DNA from: the human T2T-CHM13v2.0 reference genome, Homo sapiens
Length of the DNA stretch: 64,000 bases
Assembly (NCBI RefSeq): GCF_009914755.1
Contig: NC_060935.1
Reading direction: 5' to 3' (one strand)
How positions within the stretch are numbered: position 1 is the first letter of the stretch; each line of letters starts with the position of its first letter. The notes under the pieces were generated by a model. It was not told the DNA's origin. It saw only the letters and a program-made list of their open reading frames with translations, and ran no database searches. A program made the translations under genes and the position numbers. This document shows, piece after piece, positions 54,146-64,000 of this stretch.

Positions 54146-55647
54146 TCCCTAACATGAGGCAATGATCATTCCCCTGCCTGTTAGACATAATTCACTGCCT
54201 GGGAAGGCACTGTGCTGTGTAGATGCAGCAAGCTGGCTAAAATCAACTGTAGCATGGCCTATGTCCCAAGCAGGTTGTCCTGCCCATACGCTCAATAATG
54301 AGGCCCACTGAACTCTCCTGGTTTCCAGAAGCCTCATAAGCAAGCACGCTCAGTGAAGGAACAGGAAGTCCTTTCTGGAGCAGGGGGAGAGAAAGGCATC
54401 CAGTTAGCCATAGAGGGGAATGACTCCTTACTCTTTAAGAGTCATTTGCCCCAAGACTACTTTCTGTCAATCACCAGATAGCCCTCAGTCTACACTCTGT
54501 GATCCACTCATGAATATCTGGTCTGGCTCTGCGTTCCAGTCAGACCCTTTTCTGAGAGGACCACAAGTCATAGCCCAGGGCTACCTGTACAGCTACCAGG
54601 CTTAACAACTCAGATGCACACCCTCCACAACTGCTCTTAGCACCCACAGGCCTGGGCCCTCTCTCCCTGCCCTGAAGCCAACCAGACCCTGGGTGGGGGC
54701 CGAGTCTGGCCAAGCAGCAGTGTGTGGAGCTGGGCCTGGGCCTAAGCTGGGAATAAGCTTGTTTTGCCAGGCGCTGGCCCCCCATCGAGTCCCCATTCTC
54801 TAATGCTAATTGCTACAATTAGCAGGAGAAAGGCCTTTTAGATCCATTTCTTCTCCTGGCTGAGGCCCGGGCTGCTAGGGAGGTTGAGCCCAAGGCTTTT
54901 CGGAGGAGCAGGGATTCTTCCATAAATGAGGCCACATTTAAATTGCAAACAAGAGCTTCGCCCAGCCGTAGGAAAGGCTCTGGGAGAAAGGCTTTTAGTT
55001 CCGCAGACAGAGCAGCCAGAGACTGGGTGCGCTCCAGCCTCATGGGCCTTCCTGGCTGGTGTGACTGGAACCCTGGGTTATACAGGCTCCTGCCAGTAAC
55101 CTGGACATGCTGGGGCCGGCCAGTTCAGAGGAGCATGGCACAGGCTGATAAAGGCACCGGAAGGAAAGGCAGTATTAGAGGCCACCCCTTGCCCTCCCAT
55201 CCAGGCCTGCTCTGAGGGAAACCCTACTCGTCCTCCTCCTGGAGTGTACTGCAAACCTGGATCCGGTATCCGCTGAGAACCACTCATTCATCAGTCTGCA
55301 CTAACTGGAGAAGGTGAGCAGGCCCAGCCCGGCCTCTCTAGGCCACCTCCAACTTGGTCAAGCCACAGGTGCCCATGCCATAGATGGCTGAGGGACGGCA
55401 GCTGACACGTAGTTCCAACTAAACCTCTGGGTGGCAGCCCATAGGTTGTGGGACTGGAAGTGCTTGCCAAACAAATTATACTGCTGACCAGGGAAGAGGG
55501 TACTCTGATTGGCCAGGCCTGGGCCAGGGTCTTTCTCACCGAGGTGGTGAGGCTATAGGTGTTAGATGTGGCAGGATGCAAGCCAGGGCCTGCTGCCTTT
55601 AAAGAGCCACAGCAGAGACACCATCCCAGTCCCAAGAGCTGTTCTAA

Positions 55648-55858
55648 GGAAGTGGTTGTCATCTGCGGTGCCCCCCAGGGGACATATGGCAATGTCTGGA
55701 GATATTTTTGGCTATCATGACTATGGGAGAATTACTAATATCAACTAGGTAGAGACCAGGCAGGGTGCTAAACATCTTACAATATAAATGACAGCCCCTC
55801 ACAACAAAGATACATCCTGTCCCAAGCATTACCAGTGTGGCTGGCTAAGAAACCCTGG
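55648..55858. mobile_element. MER20 (hAT-Charlie) DNA transposon
   Basis: tgcccccaggggacatatggcaatgtctggagatatttttggctatcatgact...gtagagaccaggcagggtgctaaacatcttaca...agaaaccctg. Confidence 0.85.
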
Positions 55859-55949
55859 TTGCAAGGGGTCAGATTTTGACATGCTATTTGCTTTCTCACT
55901 GAGTTGTGAAAATGGAGGCACACTTTCCTGGCCTGGCCTCTTCCTTCGT

Positions 55950-56470
55950 TCAATAAATGAATGAAACCATTCAACAGAAATCTGTGACACACCCACCATG
56001 TGCGGACCCTATACGGAAGACAGATATGCTCTCTTGGGGCCTCTCTTCCGGTGGAAGAGATAGGCAGCCAACAAATAAGTAGATGTCTAAGGAACTAGAA
56101 AAGCGTAGCCTGTGCTTTGCAGAGACTCGAAAGGTAGTCGTCAGCTAGTGAGTGACTGAAGGGGATGACAGATATGGCAGGTCAGAGCAAAATTTCCTGT
56201 GAGATTTAAATAAGAAGAAGGAATTGTCAAGGGAAGATCACCAGAAAAGACAAGCCAGGCAGAGGTGGTGAAGGCCTTGGGGCAGGAGGGATACTTGGCA
56301 GATTTAACAAAGAAGAAGAAGGCTGGCAGAGCCAAAGCTCAGTGAGGGAGGACAGTGGTCAGAGAGGTAAGCAGGGCAGATCTTGTAAAAACCTGATGGA
56401 ATTTGAATTTTATTTCCTAGAAATAGAAGCCACTAGAGGGTATCTGGCAGGAGAGTCATGGAGGCACATT
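55950..56470 (-). mobile_element. L2 fragment
   Basis: ggtcagagaggtaagcagggcagatcttgta...ggaatttgaattttatt...gaagccactagaggg. Confidence 0.55.
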
Positions 56471-56619
56471 CATTCGTTGGTTCTTGGCTTTTGGGACTCT
56501 GCACAGAGTTGATCACAGCCCTCAGCCTATGAAACACTGTCACCCTGTAAGGGTCTGCATAAAGTCACCGCTCTCTTCCTCTCCATGCTTTTCCACTTCA
56601 TCTCTAGCCTCTATCCTTG

Positions 56620-59200
56620 CTCTCCTCCCTACACAAACAGCTTCTCCAGGGTAATTTATTTATATCATTGTGTGTGTGTGTGTGCACTCACGAGCACTCC
56701 CTAGTACTGCGTGTCTGGGTGGTGTGTAATTTTAATTTAAATACACAGTCATGTACTGAGGCCCTCTTTCTGTTTGGCATTTGTGTCACTCAGCACTGTG
56801 TTTCCACGCGTCTCTATCTTGTGAAGTGTACATCTAGTCCCCTGCTCCTAACCACAGTGACCAGCTCCAACTGCCCACCCCTATGGGCCATGCTGCCCTG
56901 AGCATGCACACACACAGCCTCTCGTTGTTCTGGGTGAGAACTGCTCCAGCATGTTTACTTAGGAGGGAAACTGCTGGGCCACAGGTATAAAATATTTTAT
57001 TTGAGGAAGAAGTGTTGGCCAGCTCTTCAGAACGTCTGTGCCTGTCTCCGTCCCCACCTGCAGCACACAGGGAGGCTTGTTCCCTGCCTTCTGCCAACAC
57101 TTGGCCTTATCCTACTTTCTAATGCTTCTCCTATGAAGAATAGCTGTTGCTTTCATTTACATTTCTCTGATAACTGATTAGCTTGGGCAAATTTTCATCT
57201 GTTTGTTAACCCTCCTGCAAACTGGCAATCTTCCTACCTTTTTCTTAATGATTTGTGGTGCTTTCTGGTATATTTTAGCTGTTGTTCCCTCCTCAGCTTT
57301 AATTGTTTCAAATATCTTGTAATGAGTCATGGCAAAGTTACATTCATGAGTGTAAAAGTGAAAAACGCAAATTGTTTCCTTAGTATTATTATGAAAACAG
57401 TCCTGACCCTTGCCATGATGGATTTATTTAACAGAAATCCTTAATCCATAATCATTAATGCATTCAAGTTCATACATTTTAGTCTTGAGGTTTGTGCTTT
57501 CTGGATCCTGTTTAAGAACCCCACGGCCACCCTGGCCCTGGAGATTATTCATTTTTTCTCCTATTAAACAAATGGCAACTACCTTTTGCTTTCAAATATT
57601 TAGTCCATTTGGAGTCTACTTTTCCTAGGGGCTCAGTTAGGAATCCATATTCCTATTCCTCCATTTTAGGGCTGGCTTTCCAACATCATCTTCTGAACAG
57701 TCCCCACTGATATGTGGTGCCACCTTTATCACATGTCCCCTTCCTCTAGACTTGGAGTTACCTCTGAGCTCTCTTCTGGGCCTCTGTCATCACACCGCTC
57801 TGATTGCTGAAGTTGGCGTGTGCCCTGGTATCTGCCAGCAGAAGTCCTCTGCTCTCCTTTTCAAAAGTTCAGTTGGCATTTACAAATATTTTTCTTCCAC
57901 ATACATTTTAGAATATGTTTGTTAAATTACTCAAGCCCTCCAACTGGAAGTTTGAGTGGAGTCCTGTTGAACTTAACAGATTTGGAAAATCCTGACGTCA
58001 TTCTAATGCCAAGTTGCCCTGTTCAAGAAAATAAAATGTCTCTGCATATGGAAAGATCTCCCTCTATATCCTCCAATAGAGTTTTAAAATTTTTTCCATA
58101 AAAGTCGTCGTCTTTGTTAATTCCTAGACTGGTATAAATTTTGCTGCTATTCTGATTGCTGTCCTAATCTCTATTATGCTTTTTTTTAGTCAGTTGCTAT
58201 TGGCATAAAGAAATGTGGTTTGTTTTTGTTTTTTGTTTTGAGTACACTGATCTTATATCCAAAACCTCTCTGAAATCTGAAATCTCTCTTTAGTTGTTAA
58301 GTTCCTTAATTTTTTTTTTCCATGTAGCCCAGTAATTTTCAAAGTGTAGTCTGGGGATTCCAGAGAGCCCCCCAGACCCTTTCAGGAAAGGTCAAAAACA
58401 TTTTCATAATAATACTCGACATTATTTGCCTTTTCTTTCATTCTCACAAAGATAAAGAGTTTTCCAGAGGCAGCACACCATGACCCCAGTGGAATATGTG
58501 CTTGTATAGTTCTGCTTTAAACATTTCTTAGTTTTAACTTCTAAGATGGTAACTATCAACAGATAGAATCTCTATCAAGAAAAGCCCTTTGGGGGTTTCA
58601 ATAACTTTTAAGAATACAACAAGTCGTAACACCAAAATGTTTGAGAACCTTTATGGAGACCATCAACCCTATGAGCTACACTAAGTTTTATCACTTCCTA
58701 CCTGATCCTCACATCCCCATTTCTTTTTCTTGTATTAGGGTATGGCCAGGATGACATCCTTGGCCTACTCCTTATCTTAAAGAGAATGATACACTTTTAA
58801 TTTCTCTATCAAGTTTACTGAAAAGTTAAGTTTTGGTTTATAACTTGTATCAAGTTGAAGAAGTTCCTCTCTAGTCCTGGCTTGCTAAGTGGTGTACTCC
58901 ACTACCCCAAAATCACACATAGGCGTTAAACTTTATCACATCATTTTTTTCTGCCTCTATTGAGGGAACCATATGGTTTTTCTCCTGTAGCCTCTTAATG
59001 TGAATTACATGGATAAAGTTTCTGATATTGGATCATCTTTGCATTCCTAAGAGCAATCCCACTTGTTTAAGAATTGTTGTTTAATACATATTATTGGATT
59101 CAGTTAGCTAGCATTGTACAAGGAACTTCTGCATCTACATTCATAAGGGAAATTCTTTATAGTTTTCTTGTGCTTTCTATCTGAATTTGGACATGCTCTG
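56620..59200 (-). mobile_element. Fragmented L1ME with hAT insertions
   Basis: ccacatacattttagaata..., atcaagttgaagaagttcctctctagtcc..., tggatcatctttgcattcct. Confidence 0.65.
58330..58650 (+). mobile_element. hAT-Charlie-type MER element (related inverted fragment at ~57320-57410)
   Basis: Termini cagtaattttcaaagtg and atgtttgagaacc; internal ttttcataataatact is mirrored by agtattattatgaaaa at ~57382. Confidence 0.6.
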
Positions 59201-59859
59201 ATTCGCAATTTTAAAAAATCCCTCTAGCTGGAGCATAAATCCTGAAACAGACCCACTTTTCTCCTCAGCATGTTAGGAAACACATTAAAATACACCCATA
59301 ATCAAGCAACTCAATCCTTAAATTTTTCTCCTACTGAGTATCTGGAAAACAGGTGCAGAAATGGATCATTTGAGACACCATAGAAATCTGGTTAATCCTG
59401 CCTGCCTGCTTTCCTTCAAGTACTGACTGAGTAAGGCTGTGTATCAGGCTCTTGGCTGGGTACAGAGCAGGCAGCAGAAAACAAAACAGAGTTCCTCGCT
59501 GGGAGCTTTTGGTCTAGCAAAAGGGGCACCACAGTAAAGAAAGAACTGGTAAATGCACATCAAATGTGGATATTATCAGGAAAGTTTTTATACTTTGTGA
59601 TAATCTAAGACAGAACTATTCTACCTGGATGAATTATTCTCTTTCATAACCAGAACAGTGCTGTGGGAAGGCACTCTTACTCTCAATTTTATATAAAAGG
59701 CTATTTGACCTGCTCAGGGACCACAGTGGGGTACTGGGATCTGAACATAGTGGTGGCCCTTCAAGCCTACTACCCAGACTGAGACTGCATCTGATCAACT
59801 CTCATCTCCAATATGACCAAGAGACTTCTACCACTACCTCTCACCTGGCAGGTGATCAC

Positions 59860-60560
59860 CACCCCCAACTCAGACTGCAACCTTTACTTCGCCCCCTAAT
59901 TCCTGACTCAGAATCCCCACCTAGAGGCAGAACTTCGACTTCAATTCCTGACTCCCATACCCCACTGAGACCTCTAACCCCAATCCCAATCTCTTAACTC
60001 AGAGCCCCCCATTCAGAACCTCTACCCAAAGACAGACTCCAGACCCTGACTCCAGTCGCCAACTCGGACCTCCCTTGGATCTCAACTCAGAGCCATGATG
60101 CAGACTCCAGACCGGGATTCAGGTCCCCAACTCAGACTCCCGATCCTCTGTCCCTAATGAGGCCCTACCTAAAACCACCATGCGGACTCCAGACCCGGAC
60201 TGACTGGGACCCCAACTACTCAGATCCCAACTCAGGCAAACTCCCAGCCAGGATGTGGACCCTAGACCCGAATTCTGATCCCAACTAGGATACCTAACTC
60301 AGAACCACAACGGGGATTCCCACCTCCGATCCTAATTCGGGCCCTGACTCAGAACCACTAAGTGGATTTCCGACTCCGGTCCCAATTCGGGCTTTGACTC
60401 AAAACCACAACATGGATTCCCAACTTCCATCCCAATAGCGCGGACTCAGAACCACGATGCGGATTCCAGACTCCAATCCCAATTCAGCCCACTCTGAACC
60501 ACCATGAGAACTATAGACCCGGAATCCGATCCTTGGGACGCGGCCAGGAACTCGGACCTC
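59860..60560. repeat. Degenerate ~50-bp C/A-rich tandem repeat array
   Basis: Units begin actcagaaccac...ggattcc...cccaattc at 60297, 60347, 60397, 60444, 60491 (periods 50, 50, 47, 47); more decayed copies extend leftward. Confidence 0.8.
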
Positions 60561-60754
60561 GACCCTGGCCACGCTGTCCATAAGGTGCAGATGGGAGCGC
60601 ACTGCCCAGGCCAGGCTGCACTGCTGACGCCTGTGATCTGGGACGGCCGCGGGGCACACAGCTCACCTCAGCAACGCCAGTGATCACCCGTCCCGCGCCG
60701 TCCGCCCAGGTCCGTGCTGACCGTGTTCAAACCCTCCCAGAGAGATGGGGAGGG

Positions 60755-61315
60755 CCGCGCTGAGGAGAGTCTGGGAGAACCGCACTGAGGAGCCGCCGGG
60801 AGAGTGCCGCGCTGAGGAGCCCCCGGGGAGAGTGCCGCGCTGAGGAGGCCCAGGGAGGACCGCGCGGAGGAGAACCATGCTGAGGAGCCCCCGGGGAGAA
60901 CAGAACCGCGGCGAGAGGCCCCCGGAGAGAACCGCGCCGAAGAACCCCCGGGGAGAACCGCGCCGAAGAACCCCCGGGGAGAACCGCGCCGAAGAACCCC
61001 CGGGGAGAACCGCGCCGAAAAGCCCCGGGTGCCCCGAGGAGAACGGCGCCGAGGAGTCCCCGGGGAGAACTGCGCCGAGGAGCCCCCAGAAGAGCGCCGC
61101 GCTGAGGAGCCCCGAGGAGAACCGCGCCGAGGGGCGCGCCGGGGAGAACCACGATGACTGACGCACCGAGGAGGACCGCGCTGAGGGGCGCACCGGGAGA
61201 ATCGTGCTGAGGAGCCCCGGGGAGGACCACGCTGAGAGGCACCCCGGCAGAATCGCGCTGAGGGGCGCCCTGGCAGGATCTTGCTGAGGAGCTCCCTGGA
61301 GGTCCGTGCTGAGGC
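60755..61315. repeat. GC-rich 26-28 bp tandem repeat array in KvDMR1
   Basis: Core unit agaaccgcgccgaagaacccccgggg recurs at exactly 26-bp period (accgcg at 60931, 60957, 60983, 61009). Flanking diverged 27-28 bp units resemble gagagtgccgcgctgaggagcccccggg. Confidence 0.92.
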
Positions 61316-61340
61316 GACGCGGCGACCGTTCTGCCTGGAG

Positions 61341-61535
61341 ACTGCGGCAGCGCTCCGACTGCCCCCGCCGCTGCCGACGTGGCGACCGCCCCCCACCTGC
61401 TGATTGGGCGGCAGCAGGGGAAGGCTTGCGGCGGGCTGCTGCACGGATTGGCTGGGTGCGGAAAGTGATGTGCCGTGTCCTGTCATTGGCCGAAAGAGTC
61501 TGGTTTTGATGCCACCCGGGCTCAGATTGGCCCAG
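61341..61535 (-). promoter_or_regulatory. KCNQ1OT1 TATA-less core promoter with four CCAAT (NF-Y) boxes and GC boxes
   Basis: ATTGG on + at 61403, 61447, 61485, 61526 (all CCAAT on -). CCGCCCC near 61386 and GGGCGG at 61406. Confidence 0.85.
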
Positions 61536-64000
61536 CGGGTCCAGCGCCGCATGAGGCACTGGCTGGGTGTGAGGTGGCGCGAGCCGCCGCCCTCCCTGCC
61601 CCCACCCGTCGTCCCTGAGCACCACCGGGGGCCGGGGCCAGCGCCAGCCTCAGCGTTGGCATCGCCGGGGTGAGCCGGAGACACGGGCCAGTTCTCTGCG
61701 TGATGTGTTCACCACCCCGGGGTGACCGCGTGAGGACAGCGGCCGCACCCCGACACTGCTGTGGGCCCTCGGTGTGGAGGCCTGTGGGCGTCCAGGCCAC
61801 GCCCGAGACCAGCCCCTCCGCCGGCGCCGCTGCAGCGACCCTCGAACCCGGGCAAGGTCTCCACCGCCGTGGCACCGGGTGCGGGAGGCGTTTTCCCCCC
61901 TCCCAGCGGGTCCATGCAGGGGATCGGGATGTTCTGAAGCCCCCACTGCTGTGCCTGGAACACCCGTGTCTGCCGCTCACCCCTGAGGACTTGGGACCTC
62001 AGGGGGTGAGTGGCAGGGGTGGCCGGGACATGCCAGGCCACCCACCTGGCAAAGGGCAGCGCCGAGGGCGCCCCGCGCCTGCCAGCGCCCGGCCGGGCCC
62101 GCCCTGCCCACCTCCCATCCCCCATCCGGGCGTGACACTTGACCGCGTCTGCCGGCCCCTCCCCTTGTCCGTCCCCTCCGCGCCGCTGGCGCGCGCCTTC
62201 TGAATGCCAAGCATTGCCATAAACTCCGGGGACAAAAGCCTGGGTCACAAAAGCCCCCTCTAGAAGTTCACACCCTGAGGCTTCCCTGGCAAGGCTGGGG
62301 GCCGTTTGGCCCTTCCATGTGGACTGCAAAAACAGTGTTGGAATGCAGGACTCTGGGTATGTTCTCGAAAGTTGTTACAACCCCAACCCAGGGTTGACCT
62401 CAAACACAGGAGGAAGGGGGAGGCTGGAGCCAGCCAAGCGAGCCAGCCGTCCCCCCACCAAGGCACGCAAGGAGGCCATTCATCTTCACTGCCTCTGCCG
62501 AAAATATACGTCTACGGGAGAGCCAGGAATCTCTCTCCAAGGGTGACCGGGTTGGGGGTTTTGTTGTTCTTCAGCCCAGAAGAGAAAGAGAAAATGGTGT
62601 CATTTTTTCAGGCAGCAAGTGATTCCTTTCAGGCCTTCAGCAACGACGCCCAGATGAGTCCACTCCCTGCCTCCTGCTCAGCCCACAGGCAATCTGGGCA
62701 CAAGTGACACATCCCCTGGGCGCCTGTCCCTTCGCACTGGCCCAGGGAGTTCATGTGTCTGATCAGAGGGCGCAGTCCACCCTCACTATCTAGCTGGGAA
62801 GTTTTTGTCATCTGCCTGTCCGAGAGGCAGCTGTGCAACCAGTGCCATCACTCAGAGCCAGTGCTCAGGTGCACCCCAGACTCAGGGTTTCACGCTATAA
62901 TGTCACTGTCTTGAAATTCTTGATAGTTATTATCTTTGAACTTGTGTTTTAGAAGTGAAGTCTGAGGGGAAAATGGAGCTTGGAACTTCAGCTCCCAAGT
63001 GGCTTTCCCACCTTCCTGCCTCCTCAGGACAGATTATCAGCTGCCTGTCTGCCTGCTTCCTCTGTGCCCAGCCTCTCTCTTGACATCCAAAGGATCACAA
63101 CTCCCACTCAGTGACCACTATTATTCTCTGCCCCTGACCAAAAAGAGCAGGGCAGGGCTGGAGTCCTGACCCTGGCCTGGACTCTGCAATGCAGAGATAC
63201 CTGCAAGTCTCATTTCCCCGCCTGTAGGATGGAGGTGATGCTGACAGCCTCTTGGAGCCATTGAGATAGGAAACGAGAGAGATTATGTGAGAAGACAGGG
63301 TCAGGAATGTTGAGTTGAGGGTGGCCTCAGGCCCCTGTCCTGCTCCTTTTTGCTGCTTGGGGTGCAGCTCAATTCCAGCCTCACTGTGGCCCCCAGGCCT
63401 CCTCTGGCCTTCCTCAGCCTTCCTCAGGAGGCCAGAATCCTCCCCTGATCACCCTCCCTGCATGTCCATTTCTACCTCCCCAGGAGGTCAGGGGAGCAGG
63501 ATCCCAGGTCTTCAGAGTCATTTCACAGATTTCACCAGAATAAAAGTCCCACTCATGTGGGGTTTACATTCTGGTGGGAAAGACAGATTTTCGAAACGTG
63601 GCCATTTTTCTTTGGGCCTTTGTTAGCTGCATCAGATGGAGGAGGTAGCCTGGTGGACTCCTTCAGTCCTCGCTCTTGGACACAGAGCTGTCTCCCAGCC
63701 TTTGTTGTTGTTTTCTCCAAGGATGTCGAACACAGGCTGAAAAGCTCCCTAAATCAATTTCACTTAAAATGGTGTCCACCCTCCTACTAAAGAGTGACAA
63801 AGGGTGTTGGTTAGGATTTTTATCTTGAAAACTGATTTGTAAAGTCATGAAAATTGAGCTTATTTGGTCTTACACTTAACAAAACTGTGGGTTCTAATTG
63901 TGGGCCTGGATGGGGACATATCTTACAAGTAGTTGATTCATTTATATAGATTTTCATGTTCTGGGCTTGCCTCCACCCTCTACCTAACCCTGGAACCTCA

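Larger units (their letters stand above)
60530..62200. promoter_or_regulatory. KvDMR1 / IC2 (KCNQ1OT1:TSS-DMR) CpG island, maternally methylated imprinting control region
   Basis: Abrupt high GC and CpG density. NotI GCGGCCGC at 61739-61746. TGCCGC/GCGGCA at 60805, 60833, 61344, 61408, 61971. Position inside the KCNQ1 intron. Methylation itself is established knowledge and not visible in sequence. Confidence 0.93.

Noticed and set aside
60936-60945. C(UUCG)G tetraloop in each RNA repeat unit
   Set aside because: Only one closing base pair; the flanks do not extend a stem.
60930-61020. CRISPR-like or prokaryotic repeat array
   Set aside because: Head-to-tail units with no unique spacers, no cas genes, and a human intronic context.
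60668-61684. Long minus-strand ORFs (338, 313 and 171 aa) open in all three frames
   Set aside because: An artefact of GC-rich repeats lacking stop codons. The 26-aa periodicity is three 26-bp units. The two longer starts lie upstream of the TSS and the third is a GTG; the first AUG in the RNA is near 60878.

Overview
Mammalian, almost certainly human, DNA from the imprinted 11p15.5 KCNQ1 locus. The only supportable coding sequence is one 121-bp KCNQ1 exon (+ strand, 23304-23424; exon 11 in the usual full-length numbering, (V)[39 protein letters not shown](Q)); the rest is KCNQ1 intron. At about 60.5-62.2 kb is the CpG island recognised as KvDMR1/IC2. It holds the minus-strand promoter of the antisense lncRNA KCNQ1OT1 (start near 61340; four CCAAT boxes, five ZFP57 TGCCGC hexamers, a NotI site) and two distinct tandem-repeat arrays in the first ~1.5 kb of the RNA. 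KCNQ1OT1 runs leftward across the rest of the window. The first ~12 kb is almost solid minus-strand L1 with Alus; old L1M, L2, MIR, MLT1 and hAT relics are scattered elsewhere. Nearly all ORF-track entries are spurious. This is a well-studied locus and I see no wholly new system. The best leads are the repeat architecture of the KCNQ1OT1 5' end, an overlapping NF-Y/Sp/ZFP57 site, an RFX/E-box cluster at ~31.6 kb, and the L1PA antisense promoter with a recent 39-bp duplication. Repeat subfamily calls and boundaries are by eye and approximate.
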